DNA of 64,000 nucleotides, from the NCBI GenBank assembly GCA_963724765.1, contig CAVRVY010000002.1:1-64000 (forward strand). The letters are read 5' to 3'. Source of the DNA: an uncultured delta proteobacterium. GTDB lineage: Bacteria > Desulfobacterota > Binatia > Binatales > Binataceae. Shown here piece by piece: positions 9,071 through 19,715 of the stretch; the stretch's first letter is position 1, and every line of letters starts with the position of its first letter. The translations under genes and the position numbers were made by a program. The notes below the pieces were generated by a model. The model made no database searches. It saw nothing but the letters and a program-made list of their open reading frames with translations, and was not told where the DNA came from.

Positions 9071-9186
9071 CCCTCCGCCCACCTCTGCCGTTCCACGGCA
9101 AATGGGCTATTGCTGCCGGATTTTTACTCCGGTGCAACCGGTCTATCCGGCTGCTTCAGTGAGGGATTTTCTCTCTGGCGCTCTCA

Positions 9187-9807
9187 GTCGTCCACGTGGA
9201 TGACAGAGAAATAATTCTTCCCCGTTCCGAAAACCGGGTATGAGCCGCCGCGGGCCGCTTCGATCATGTCAAGGCTGGACTGCGCATAGGCCGCGTAGAA
9301 CCCAGCCAGACGAAGCACTACTGCCTCTCGGCCGGCTGCGGCAAAGCGGGCCGCTTCTCGCTCCGCGTCGAGCGCTGACGCCAGGATTGGCGTGGGATCC
9401 AGCGGCGACTCTTCCGTCAGCCATTGATCGTCTCCATCCGCGTAGAGATAGGTGATCGACTCCTGGAGATAGAGCCGCGCGCCCACCTTGATGGCGGCGT
9501 CGACCAAGGCACGGGACACCTGGCGCCGGATGCGGTGGTTATCCGTCCACACCCCAGAATCGCGCATCTCGCTGCCGCGCGGAATCTTAGTGGCCAGATT
9601 CAACACGGCTTCTGCTCCAGCCACCAGCTCATCGAATCGGTCAGTATCGAAGAGGTCCAGGGCTATCGGTTGCCCACCACATGCATGAATTAGATCTGCC
9701 GCCGCGGCGCTTCGAGCGGACGCGCGCACTTCGTGTCCAGCCGCAACCAGTGCGCGTATCGCGGAGCGGCCAAGCGCACCATTACCCCCAGCGATGAAAA
9801 TCCTCAT
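9187..9807 (-). pseudogene. NAD-dependent epimerase/dehydratase (extended SDR), 3'-truncated by IS21
   Basis: MRIFIAGGNGALG Rossmann motif; the ORF stops at IHVDD exactly at the IS21 end, which supplies the TGA. Confidence 0.85.
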
Positions 9808-10049
9808 TGAGTCACTCTCCGAGGCCTAGCGGTGGCGCTTAAGTGGATAGCCGAGAATCGCGGGGTCGCTGCGGAGCTTGACGCGGCATCCTAACTTTTT
9901 CATATGGATTTGCATACATATCGTATTCATTTTCCCATTACAGCATTACGAGTGCTGCGGAGATAAATCTGCAGCATCTTCTCCAGGTGCGGAAACGCGT
10001 TGAAACCAAACCGAAAAAGCAGCAACCACGCAATATCGCTGGCCGGCAG

Positions 10050-11228
10050 CTATCCCATCAGGCCTTCATCGTACATGCCGCGTATCGGGCGCTTTTCGAC
10101 GAATCGGCTGTAGCGAAAGGCATTGATATCAGACTCCGTCTGCTTGCCGTTGATGACCAGCTCGGCCATCATCTCGCCCACCGCCGGAGCCAGTTTGAAA
10201 CCGTGCCCGCTGTAACCCAACGCCAGGTAAAAACCGCCCACCCCTGGCGCCTCATCCATGATTGGATGCCAGTCCGGCGTCACGTCAAACGGCCCCGAAT
10301 AGCCGCTGTGGAAGTGCCCGGCCTCGAAGCTCGGGAACCGATCGCAGAGCGCGCCCAGTACTTCCGCCGTTTCGTTGAAGTCCACGGCGTCAGCGTAATC
10401 GTCCGGGTTGATACGATCGTTGATCTCGGCTGGGTCGAGAGTCCCGATCAAGGTCAGGTCCTTACCTTCGGGTCGGCTGTAGAATTGATGGATGAAGTCA
10501 TAGAACATCGGATGGGTCGCCACAGCGCTATCCGGACGCTTGATGAAGCGGATCTGATGGCGGCACACGGTGATCGGAATCTCTATCCCCAGCATCGCGC
10601 CGATCCGATCGCTCCACACGCCTGCTGCGTTGATCACCACCGGCGCCGAAAAGCTCCCTCGGCTGGTTACGACCTCGCTGATTTTTCCGCCCGCCGTCTT
10701 GAGCGCTGTGACCTCAGCGTTCTGAAACAGGCGCACGCCCATTTCCCGCGCGCGGCGCATGAATGAATTGGTCGTATCGGAAGGGTCGGCATAGCCCGAA
10801 TCGGGTTCGTAGGCACCCGCCACCAGGTCGTCAACCCGTACCCGCGGCTCTACCTCCCTGATCTCCCGGGGCGAGACCAGCTTGGTCCTGATCCCGACCT
10901 GCTGCTGCATCGCTACCACCTTCTTGAGCGCCGCGTGGTCGCGCTCACCCACCCCCATAAGGTAGCCGGTCTTGACAAAACTAGCGGTCCCGCCCACCTC
11001 GTCCGCAAAATTCTCAAACACTTCGAGGCTCCGGCGCACCATCCGCGCCGTGACTTCGGTCGAGTAATGCTGCCGGATGCAGGCGGAACTCTTGCCGGTA
11101 GCGCCCGAGGCCACGGTGCTCTTATCCAGCACCGCGACGTTGGCCACGCCGCGCTTCGCCAGGTTAAACGCGACACTGGAGCCGGTGACACCGCCTCCGA
11201 TAATCACTACGTCGGCCGTTGTGGCCAT
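10050..11228 (-). CDS. FAD-dependent oxidoreductase, DAO / sarcosine oxidase beta-like
   Basis: DVVIIGGGVTGSS, GATGKSSACIR, VVINAAGVWS, DVTPDWHPIM, GYSGHGFKLAPAVG. Confidence 0.9.
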   Translation of the reverse strand: MATTADVVIIGGGVTGSSVAFNLAKRGVANVAVLDKSTVASGATGKSSACIRQHYSTEVTARMVRRSLEVFENFADEVGGTASFVKTGYLMGVGERDHAALKKVVAMQQQVGIRTKLVSPREIREVEPRVRVDDLVAGAYEPDSGYADPSDTTNSFMRRAREMGVRLFQNAEVTALKTAGGKISEVVTSRGSFSAPVVINAAGVWSDRIGAMLGIEIPITVCRHQIRFIKRPDSAVATHPMFYDFIHQFYSRPEGKDLTLIGTLDPAEINDRINPDDYADAVDFNETAEVLGALCDRFPSFEAGHFHSGYSGPFDVTPDWHPIMDEAPGVGGFYLALGYSGHGFKLAPAVGEMMAELVINGKQTESDINAFRYSRFVEKRPIRGMYDEGLMG

Positions 11229-11239
11229 AGCTGCTGGCC

Positions 11240-11890
11240 TCAGCGCTCTCCGTCGCGCGGTAGCGTCGTCAGGTAATCCAGCACTTCCTTCAGTGGCAGC
11301 ACGTCGGCGTATCGGCGATCGACGTCCTTGAGATTGGCCCAATGCGGCCCCTCTTCGAGGTCACCCACGCACTCTACCGGTACCATCGTCCGGAACCCGT
11401 ACGAGAAAGAATCGATAACGCTAGCCCGGATACATCCGCTGGTGTTGGCACCAGTGACGATCACGGTGTCTGTCCCGTGCCGCACTAGGCCAGTGGAGAG
11501 CGGCGTGTTGAAAAAGATCGACGGCGCGCACTTGGGAAAAAAGATGTAGGACGGGTCCTGGAGCTCCTTGACCACCTGGGCGCCGTGCGTCCCGATCGTT
11601 AACTCGCGACAGATCGCGATCTTCCAATGCGGGAGGTCAAGCTTGGTCTTGTCGTACGCGGTCGCGCACTGGAAAACCGGGATCCCGTATGGCCGTGCCG
11701 CAGCCAGCAGTTTGGCCGTGGCCTTGACCGCATTCACGATCAGCGGTCGCCCGCCAGTAGGATATTGGGGATCCACGAACGCATTCTGGAGATCCACCAC
11801 TATGATCGCCGGCCTCTTGCCGAAGCCGATCCGTGCCGAGGAGTATCCATATCTGGCGTATTCGTCTTTGTCGTCAGTCATCGCGCCCAT
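11240..11890 (-). CDS. Isochorismatase-family cysteine hydrolase (N-carbamoylsarcosine amidase / NicF-like)
   Basis: RIGFGKRPAIIVVDLQNAF, K..PSIFFNT, GANTSGCIRASVIDSFSYG; GGAGAG RBS before ATG 11890. Confidence 0.9.
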   Translation of the reverse strand: MGAMTDDKDEYARYGYSSARIGFGKRPAIIVVDLQNAFVDPQYPTGGRPLIVNAVKATAKLLAAARPYGIPVFQCATAYDKTKLDLPHWKIAICRELTIGTHGAQVVKELQDPSYIFFPKCAPSIFFNTPLSTGLVRHGTDTVIVTGANTSGCIRASVIDSFSYGFRTMVPVECVGDLEEGPHWANLKDVDRRYADVLPLKEVLDYLTTLPRDGER

Positions 11891-11901
11891 TTTGTCTCTC
11901 C

Positions 11902-13971
11902 TTAATTGTCGCCCTGCGGGATTTCGATTCGCAGATCGCCGTAAGAATTTACCGACATCCGATGGTCGGGAAAAACCACGATCGTTGTAGTCGGCAGTTC
12001 GACCACCGCCGGTCCCTCGATCACCATGCCCGGGCCCAGCTTCTCGGCATCGCAAATCGGCGTATCGACGTATTCACCATACTCCGCGAAAAACACCGGC
12101 CGGCGGGCTTTCTCAGCCGACGCCGCTACCCCTGATCGGGTCTGGTCCATCGGCATCACCTTGGAAATGCGGCCGGTTGCCGTCACGCGCCAGCCGTTCA
12201 TATCCACCGGCATGTTCCGGACGCAATAGGTATAAAGCCGCTGATGATGGTCGTGGAACGTGTTCACCATAGCGGGAAGCTGGTCGGCGCTGAGCTTGCC
12301 GCCGGGCACAGGCACCATGATGTCGTGGAGCTGATATGGGTATTTGGCATCGACGACGCGCTCGAGTGTGATGTCCTTGCACTGGAAACCCTCGGCCTTT
12401 AATTCCTCGATCGCTCGTGCCTCCATCTCGGCGAAGATCTCGTTGATCTTGGCGATGTCCATGTTCTCGGTGTTGGCGGGATAGGTCGTGAGGTACGAAT
12501 GCTTCACGTCCGCCACAAGCATGCCAAAGGCGCAGAGTCCGCCTGCCGCGACCGGGCAGATAACTTTCTTGATACCCAACTCTTCGGCAATCTTGGCCGC
12601 ATGCGTGCCACCCGCGGCGCCGCCCGAGATGACCGTGTAGCCGCGCGGATCGATACCGCGCGTCACTGATACCGCCCGCATCGCCCCCACCATGTTGGCA
12701 TTGACAACGCGGTACACCGCCGCGGCTGCTTCAACGATATCGAGTCCCAGTGGCTTGGCGATCGTTTCCATTGCCTTCTCGGATAACGCGCGGTTGAGCT
12801 TCACCCGCCCGCCAAGGAAGAAGTCCGGGTTCAGGTAGCCGAGTATAACGTTGGCGTCGGTCACCGTGGGCGTTTCGCCACCCAGCCCGTAGCAGGCCGG
12901 GCCCGGGTCCGCACCCGCGCTCTGCGGCCCCACCCGCAGCATCCCGCCGCCATCGATCCAGGCGATGCTGCCGCCGCCCGCGCCCACTGAATGGACGTCA
13001 ACTGCGGCGACGCCGATTGGCATCTGCTCGATCTCCGTCTCGCGGCTCATCGTGATCGTGCCGTCGGTGATCAGGCTCACCTCGAAGCTGGTGCCGCCCA
13101 TGTCGATGACCATCAGGTTTTTCTCGCCGTCGGCCGCGCCGTAAAAGAGACCGCCGGCGGGTCCCGCTGCGGGCCCGGAACCGATCGTCAGCACCGGCCG
13201 TTTCTCGATCTCGGGCACGGTTGCCGAGCCACCGGTAAGCTGCATGATTAGCAGGTTGTAGCGGTAGCCGTTCTCGCGCAAAAAGCTTTCGACTTTGGTC
13301 AGATAGCCTCCGAGCACTGGACCCACGTAAGCGCTGAGCGTCGTGGCGCAAGCCCGCGGCCATTCGCGAATCGCAGGCAGAATTTCCGCGCTCAGCGCCA
13401 CATGCGCGCCTGGCATCTCCTCGTTGATGATCTCCCGGATGCGGCGCTCGTGTGCCGGATTCATCATCGACCACAGGAGGCAGACGGCGATCGACTGCAC
13501 GCCCTCGTCTTTGAGCTTGCTCACTGCCCGCCGCACGCTTTCCTCATTAAGCGCCGTCAGCACCTCCCCTGAGTAAAGCACGCGTTCCTCGACCCCCAGG
13601 CGGAGATACCGCGGAATGAAAGGATCGGGCGGTGGCTCGTGCAGGTTATAGCGGTTGCGTTTGAAGCCATCTCGCAAGAACAGGATGTCGCGAAAACCAT
13701 CGGTGTGGATGATGCCGAGCTTTGGCCCGCTGCGCTGGATGACAGTGTTGGTCGCGATCGTCGTGCCGTGGATGAACAGATCGATATTGCGAACGAACTC
13801 GGGCACGGACACACGACGCTCTTTGGCCAAAGCCTCGATTCCGTTGATTATCGCCTGCTCGGGTGCCTTGGGGATGCTCGGCGTCTTGAAAACGCGGGAC
13901 CGCCCGTTCTCGTCGATAATAATGAAGTCGGTAAAGGTACCGCCTGTATCGACACCGATTCGCGTGCCCAT
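11902..13971 (-). CDS. hyuA: Hydantoinase/oxoprolinase subunit A (ATP-binding)
   Basis: GVDTGGTFTD, HGTTIATN, SGPAAG, DMGGTSFEV, GAGGGSIAW, SAGADPGPACY, PTVTDAN. Confidence 0.92.
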   Translation of the reverse strand: MGTRIGVDTGGTFTDFIIIDENGRSRVFKTPSIPKAPEQAIINGIEALAKERRVSVPEFVRNIDLFIHGTTIATNTVIQRSGPKLGIIHTDGFRDILFLRDGFKRNRYNLHEPPPDPFIPRYLRLGVEERVLYSGEVLTALNEESVRRAVSKLKDEGVQSIAVCLLWSMMNPAHERRIREIINEEMPGAHVALSAEILPAIREWPRACATTLSAYVGPVLGGYLTKVESFLRENGYRYNLLIMQLTGGSATVPEIEKRPVLTIGSGPAAGPAGGLFYGAADGEKNLMVIDMGGTSFEVSLITDGTITMSRETEIEQMPIGVAAVDVHSVGAGGGSIAWIDGGGMLRVGPQSAGADPGPACYGLGGETPTVTDANVILGYLNPDFFLGGRVKLNRALSEKAMETIAKPLGLDIVEAAAAVYRVVNANMVGAMRAVSVTRGIDPRGYTVISGGAAGGTHAAKIAEELGIKKVICPVAAGGLCAFGMLVADVKHSYLTTYPANTENMDIAKINEIFAEMEARAIEELKAEGFQCKDITLERVVDAKYPYQLHDIMVPVPGGKLSADQLPAMVNTFHDHHQRLYTYCVRNMPVDMNGWRVTATGRISKVMPMDQTRSGVAASAEKARRPVFFAEYGEYVDTPICDAEKLGPGMVIEGPAVVELPTTTIVVFPDHRMSVNSYGDLRIEIPQGDN

Positions 13972-14012
13972 GCTGCCCGGCCTCTGCGGACTGTCCGTAA
14001 TCGCGGAAGGCT

Positions 14013-15959
14013 CTAGAGTGTCCAGTTCGAATCTGTCGGTGGGCGCGGATTGAGCTCCAGGCTGTCGCTCTTGCGCATGAGGCTCTTATAATAGGTTGCG
14101 TAGTCGGCAGAGCAGGGTGTGATCAGTTGGCGCTTGCTGTTCTCGGCCATCTTCTTGCGGAGCTTCGCGGTGGCCTCCGCGTTAATCTTGAGCGTCGCCT
14201 GATCGATCACGACTCCATATTCAGAACGAGCCGCCTCGATTCCGATAATCTCGTCCCGGACGTCGATTCGCACCAACTCCGGGTCTCGCTCCAGCGGATC
14301 ACCGTAACCGCCGCCACCGGTCGAGAGCGTCGACCACGATTCGCCCTCAGAGACGCGGAAATACGCAATCGCGCTGAAGAATGTGCGGCTGCCATCCTTG
14401 TTGGTGCGATAGATTGCGCCACCGTCACCCGGCTTCCCGCCAAACAGGCCGAAGGGCGGATTGAACATGCCATCGCCATAGGCGTAGTTGTCCACCTGCC
14501 CGGTGCCCCGCGGCGCTACCCCCCAGGTAATTCCCGGACCGCCACGCGTCTTACCCGCGCCCATCGAATCAGTGCGAATCTCCTGGCAGAGCGCCAGCAG
14601 CGGATGGTGGAGTTCCATCAGCTCGACCGGAATGAATTTGAGCCCGCCAAGCGCGCCGGGACAATACTGCAGCGGCCATCCGTCAGATTCTCGTGAGGCA
14701 CCGCCGCCGGCGCTGCCGTTGAACAGGATCAGCGAAAACGGCTTATTCTCGCCCGGCGCTCGCCGATCGTAGCCCGACGTGAAGGCGTTGGGTGCGATAT
14801 GGCCGTAGCCCGCCACAACCTTCTCGGGAATTGCCTGCGCTAAGCACTTCCAAACCGCATCCATGATCGAATCAGAAGGTACAATCGTCGCGTCTGATGC
14901 GCACCCAGGCCATTCAACGTTTGTCACGGTGCCCTTGGGCGCAAAAACCTTGATGTGTTTTAGCGATCCTTCATTGTGCGGCAGATCCGGATCGAGGCAC
15001 GCCAGGATGGGTATGCTGGCGGCGTTCTGGCAGGTGGCCCACGAAGAATTCGTGCTGCCGCGCACCTGCGGGTCGCTGCCGGTGAAATCGATATGCACCT
15101 CGCTGCCCCCGATCGTGACCTTGCACTGGATCTTGATGTTGGTCATGCCGGTGCCGTCGGAATCGATCCACGACTCGGCGCGGTAGATACCGTCCGGCCA
15201 TTGCGCGATCTCTTCGCGGGTGCGCCGATCGGCGTAAGCGATCATCTCCTGCGAGAACTTCTTGAGGGTCTCGACACCCCACTTATCGAGCAACTCGACC
15301 ATTCGCTTCTTGCCGGTCTTGACCGAGCCGACCTGCGACATCAGGTCGCCGTGAAGGAATTCGCGGTAGCGGACGTTCTCGAGGTAAAGCTGCAGGACGT
15401 CCTTGCGGAGCTTGCCCTTCTCTTCGAGCTTGATGGGCGAGATCTGAAAACCTTCGCTCCAGACGTCGGTCGCCTGGATCGCCACACTGGTCGGATTAGG
15501 CGATCCGATGTCCATCTGATGGCCGGTGGCGGCAGCCCAGAACACCTGCTCGCCCTGGTAGAAGATCGGACAGGCGACCACCAAGTCGCCGCAATGCGTG
15601 GTCCCGTAGTAAATGCTGTTCACCATCATCACGTCGCCGTCGAAGATCTCCTCCTGACCGAAAAAGCGCGCGATCTCGGCGATCGTGATCGGCTGTGCGT
15701 TGACATGGATCGGCAGCCCATCCAGCACGCAGAGCGCATTGGGCGGGGTGCTCGAAGTGTAAATCGCGCAGGAAAAGTCGCGCGCCTCGGAGAGAATTGA
15801 AGACCACGCCGAACGCTCGAAGGTCAGTGACATCTCCTGCACGATCGAGTTGATGGCGTTGAAAATGACCGCGAAAGTGGTCGGGTCCAAGGAGCGCTCG
15901 CCGGCGCTTGCCGGACGCGGCTTGAGCCGCCTTGCCGACCGTGCCATTTGAACTGCCAT
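14013..15959 (-). CDS. hyuB: Hydantoinase B/oxoprolinase subunit B
   Basis: EARDFSCAI, GTTHCGD, GHQMDIG, DFTGSDPQ, PVELME, DSMGAGKTRGG, GGGGYGDPLERDP. Confidence 0.92.
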   Translation of the reverse strand: MAVQMARSARRLKPRPASAGERSLDPTTFAVIFNAINSIVQEMSLTFERSAWSSILSEARDFSCAIYTSSTPPNALCVLDGLPIHVNAQPITIAEIARFFGQEEIFDGDVMMVNSIYYGTTHCGDLVVACPIFYQGEQVFWAAATGHQMDIGSPNPTSVAIQATDVWSEGFQISPIKLEEKGKLRKDVLQLYLENVRYREFLHGDLMSQVGSVKTGKKRMVELLDKWGVETLKKFSQEMIAYADRRTREEIAQWPDGIYRAESWIDSDGTGMTNIKIQCKVTIGGSEVHIDFTGSDPQVRGSTNSSWATCQNAASIPILACLDPDLPHNEGSLKHIKVFAPKGTVTNVEWPGCASDATIVPSDSIMDAVWKCLAQAIPEKVVAGYGHIAPNAFTSGYDRRAPGENKPFSLILFNGSAGGGASRESDGWPLQYCPGALGGLKFIPVELMELHHPLLALCQEIRTDSMGAGKTRGGPGITWGVAPRGTGQVDNYAYGDGMFNPPFGLFGGKPGDGGAIYRTNKDGSRTFFSAIAYFRVSEGESWSTLSTGGGGYGDPLERDPELVRIDVRDEIIGIEAARSEYGVVIDQATLKINAEATAKLRKKMAENSKRQLITPCSADYATYYKSLMRKSDSLELNPRPPTDSNWTL

Positions 15960-16220
15960 CCGTGCACCCTCCTTGGCTTTCGCTGATGAGGATGAAGAGC
16001 TTCAATCAGGCTCGGGGCGAAGCCTGACGTAACTGCGCGAAGCATGAGGCATTTTTCTAAAATTGTCAAACGCCGTGAAAGTTTTATTCACAGCAAGAAT
16101 CTTCCCCGCTTGCCAGAGCGTTTGAAAAGCCAAGTCAGCGAGCGTGGCGACCGATTCCGGCCGCCGCGCTTCGCTGGCGTCGTGCGCACTCGCTTGCCTT
16201 CTTCGAGTGATCGTCGTCAC

Positions 16221-16252
16221 CATTACTCGATTACTGCATTACTCGATTACTG
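16221..16252. repeat. Perfect 16-bp tandem duplication
   Basis: CATTACTCGATTACTG twice. Confidence 0.9.
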
Positions 16253-16635
16253 CCGAGGGAACCGCTGGCGCCCGGCAGGCTCTAAACGAGAATGGAGCGT
16301 CCTGTCTTTCCGAGGTGTTATCTATCCAGAGTGGCGCCTGGGCGATGTCCTGAAGGCTGTTGAGATTTGAGTGGCGGCATTCCTCGCCCGATCGGAAGAT
16401 CGGGGTGGGTGAGAGGAGGAGGCGCCATGAGCAAGAGGGCCAAGAGCAAGGATGGAAGGAAAGCCGCGAGGGAACAGCTGTTGCTGCACTCGCCGGGTGG
16501 TCCGCGAAGCATTGTACCACGCGTGATCGGAAGTGCTCCAGAGAACAGGCTTCTCATATCCCTGCCCGCCGATTCGGGCGGAGAATCCGATGGAGCTGCG
16601 CCAAGATGGCATCCGACTCTCTATAAGCTACCCGT

Positions 16636-18380
16636 TGAGTCCTCTGAGAAACTGGCAGGTTGCGGTCCGGCACTTGAGTTACTCATGCCTGCGTTTTTTT
16701 GGAGTCTCAATAATGTCAGGCCTAGTTCACGAAACCTTCTCGCTTGCGCCATTTCACGAGATTCTTTCGAGCAAAGAACGTGGGTATTTTGGCGATGCGT
16801 GCACGGATGGCCCGTGAGAACTTTCTCTGGGGTGCCCCGCGGATCCATGGCGAGCTTCGCATGCTCGGCTTCAGCGTGTCCCAAGCCACCGTGTCGCGCT
16901 ACCTGCCGCCGCCAAGCAGAAGGCCAAGACAGTCATGGCAGACCTTTTTTCGCAATCAATCGATCGCCTTCGGTCGCCACCAGGAACCAGGAGGAGCAAT
17001 CCGACACGGAGTCCCTGAGCCTGCGCATTTGGTCCAACTGGAGCAGGCTCATGCGATCGGCGAGGCAGATTGCGGTGGCGTTTGTTGGACCCTACCGGGG
17101 CCTTGGCCAACCACAGCCCATGTTGAACGCTCGAAAAATTAGTCCGCGATCCGCTCAGCGCCACGGCAGCGTGACGCGCGGAGCGTGTCGAGTCGCCTCA
17201 GCACCTGGCGGTTCAAGGAGAACGCTAGATAACTTTCCTGGTGCCGCTCTTCCGATACGAAGCGCGCCGCATGAAGCTCGGGCATCGCCGTGGCCCCAGC
17301 GGAGAACTCATGCCGACGCGCCGGAGGAGGTTTTGAGGAGCCACAACGGTCGCCAAGTACATGGTGCGAAGGCGAGGAACACCACCTTCTCAGAACTGGC
17401 GGACTTTCCTGCGCAATCAGGCTCAAGGTATCGCGGCCATCGACATGTTCGTCGTGGCGTCTGCATCGTTTCGGCTGCTCTACGTGATGATCATTCTGGC
17501 CCACGATCGCAGGAATATCGTACGCACCGCCGTCACCGAGCATCCGACCGCAGCCTGGCTCTCGCGCCAAGTAACCGAAGCGTTCCCGTGGGACACGGCT
17601 CCGCGCTACCTGCTGCGCGATCGCGACGGGTCGTATGGCGCGTACTTCCGCAACCGAGTCGAAGCGATGGGGATCACGGAGGTCATCACGGCGCCACGCT
17701 CACCCTGGCAGAACGCTTACGTCGAGCGCGTGATCGGTTCGATTCGTCGCGAGTGTTTGGATCACATCGTGATCTTCAACGAGCACCATCTGCGCCGCGT
17801 CCTGTCCTCGTACGTCGACTACTACCAACGCACCCGCACGCATCTTTCGCTCGACAAGGATTGCCCCGACTCCCGCCCGATCATGCCACGCAGGATCGGA
17901 AAGGTGATCGCCATCCCTCAGGTCGGCGGTCTGCATCACCGTTACGAACGTCTCGCCCCCTGATTCGGATCCGATTGCTGCTCATTCATCGTTGCGCCAC
18001 GGCCAGTATGCCGTCGGCTGATATTCACTGTATCGGAGACTTTGGGTCTCGATCAGGGGCCGACCGGTTTGCCGTCCTAATTGCAGGTCGTCTCACGTAA
18101 GCGCATTAATTCGATAGCAATTCTCGCGAGCTGTTCAAATCCCGGTTCCGATGGAGTTTTTGGTAGCGACAAGGGCGATCTTGAGCGGAAGCTCGAGAAT
18201 TACAAAGCCTATTACAACCAACACCGGTGTCACACCGGATTGGCCGGAGCTACGCCGGCTGAACGCTGTGGCGTACTCGCACAGCCAATCGCAAAACTTG
18301 AGTCATATACCTGGCGGCAACATTGCAATGGCTTATTTCAGACCCCAACTGCCGCCTGAATTGGAATTCGACACAGACAC
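16636..18380 (+). mobile_element. Nested remnants of three integrase-core (rve-type, IS481/IS3-like) insertion sequences
   Basis: Fragment MARENFLWGAPRIHGEL..SQATVSRY with right end ..GAGGTTTTGAGGAGCCACA (17345); fragment TVAKYM..AAIDMF..LLRDRD..SPWQNAYVERVIGSIRRECLD (17346-17963) with end GAGTTTTTGGTAGCGACA (18171); third tail DLERKL..YYNQHRCH..GLFQTP (to 18359). Confidence 0.8.
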
Positions 18381-18533
18381 CAAGCCAGGCGGGGGTCGAG
18401 CAGCGCTTTCGTAAGGTCGCCGGTTATCGAGATCTGCCGACGTAAGTTGCCGCACTGCGCGCGCATGATGCTGCAATCGATCGCGCGCGGAGTTGAACAC
18501 CGTGAGAGAGCAGCCTAAATGACTATCGAGTCG

Positions 18534-19298
18534 CTACTGAAGTTCAACAGCGGCTCGGGCATTCCCGTTTTCAAATTGGCCGCGGCTTGCAGGCGAATGT
18601 CCTTGCGCGAGAAAGCTCTCCAGCCGCTCGCGTCTGACGATCAACTGACGGCCATCGCGTACAATCAGGTGCTCGCGTTCGAGCAGCGCGAGATATTCGG
18701 TCACCCGCGGCCGGGAGGCGCCCACCAGTTCGGCCAGGTCCTTGTGCCGCGCCGGCACGGTCAGCCGCACGCCCTGCCGATCGGGAACGCCGAAGTTCTC
18801 GCTCAGCTCCAGCAGGATCAGCGCCACGCGTTCCTCCAGCGTGCAGCTCATGAAATTCGCGCAGCGCAATTGCACCAGGTCCCAGCGTCCCGAATAGCTG
18901 GCGGCCATGCGCTTGAAGTCTGCCGAGGCGATCCCCAAAGCGATTTCGATAAACGCTTCCAGAGCGACAGCTCCGATCTGGCAGTCGGTAACCGCCTCGC
19001 AGCGGAAGCTATACATGATCCCGGAAACCGGCGGAGGGAAGCCCGGAATCATGCCAGGCGCGACCATAATCACCAGCGTGCGATCGCCCTTGCGATTGCG
19101 GCACGTGATGCGCGCAACTCCTGACAGCAAGACAAACGCGGATTCGGGAGAATGCTCCTCATCGAAAATGATGCCGTGCTTCTCAACTCGGCTTATGGTC
19201 AGCGCATCGGCAAGTCTGTTCAGCTGGCGCGACGTGAGCCAGGAAATGTTCTTAAGTCCCCGTAATCTTCGAATTGCTGACACTCGCACGGCGCGCAT
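18534..19298 (-). CDS. Crp/Fnr-family transcriptional regulator (copy 1)
   Basis: CNBD-like N-terminus and TLEERVALILLELSENFG..HKDLAELVGASRPRVTEYL HTH. Confidence 0.9.
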   Translation of the reverse strand: MRAVRVSAIRRLRGLKNISWLTSRQLNRLADALTISRVEKHGIIFDEEHSPESAFVLLSGVARITCRNRKGDRTLVIMVAPGMIPGFPPPVSGIMYSFRCEAVTDCQIGAVALEAFIEIALGIASADFKRMAASYSGRWDLVQLRCANFMSCTLEERVALILLELSENFGVPDRQGVRLTVPARHKDLAELVGASRPRVTEYLALLEREHLIVRDGRQLIVRRERLESFLAQGHSPASRGQFENGNARAAVELQ

Positions 19299-19444
19299 AG
19301 CAACAATCTAACAGACTTCTCCGGACGGCGGAGTTCCGGTTCGACGCGCTTGGTGCCCCGTGTAACCAACTCGCATCGCGGCACGATCGCTCTGGAGCCT
19401 ACATCGATCGATTCTCCGAGAAGTACAAAAACTGATGGACTGGA

Positions 19445-19480
19445 TGGTGGAGAGAGGGAGATTCGAACCCTCGGTGCCAC
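19445..19480 (-). other. 3' fragment of tRNA-Ser (att-site remnant)
   Basis: Minus strand GGCACCGAGGGTTCGAATCTCCCTCTCTCCACCA contains T-arm, acceptor strand and CCA; 31/36 identical to 58516-58551; no 5' half. Confidence 0.8.
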
Positions 19481-19715
19481 GAGAGCTTCGAGCGTTCCAA
19501 AAGATGCCCGGAAATGGCGTCTGTTCTGAAGTAACTAGATTGCCATCAACTCAGCGGAGAAGATTGTCGCCTTCTGTTCAGGACGATTCTCGATCGAACT
19601 GACACGAGACAAGGCGTGTAACGTCGCCTAGCGCCGGCACTAACGCAGAGTCCACGACCCGTCTGAGGAAGCCATGCTCTGACCAAACAAAGTCCCGGGC
19701 TAATTTTGGTTCGTT

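Larger units (their letters stand above)
6634..9186 (-). mobile_element. IS21-family insertion sequence
   Basis: TG..CA ends (TGTCAACACCGGAGTGAAAGTACATCA and, reverse-complemented, TGAGAGCGCCAGAGAGAAAATCCCTCA) with internal sub-repeats; overlapping istA/istB. Confidence 0.92.

Noticed and set aside
16367-18100. 577-aa ORF on the + strand
   Set aside because: Low-complexity Arg/Ser/Pro translation running across nested IS fragments whose real transposase motifs are in other frames.
19445-19480. Second functional tRNA gene
   Set aside because: Only the T-arm and 3' acceptor strand are present; no D-arm or anticodon arm.
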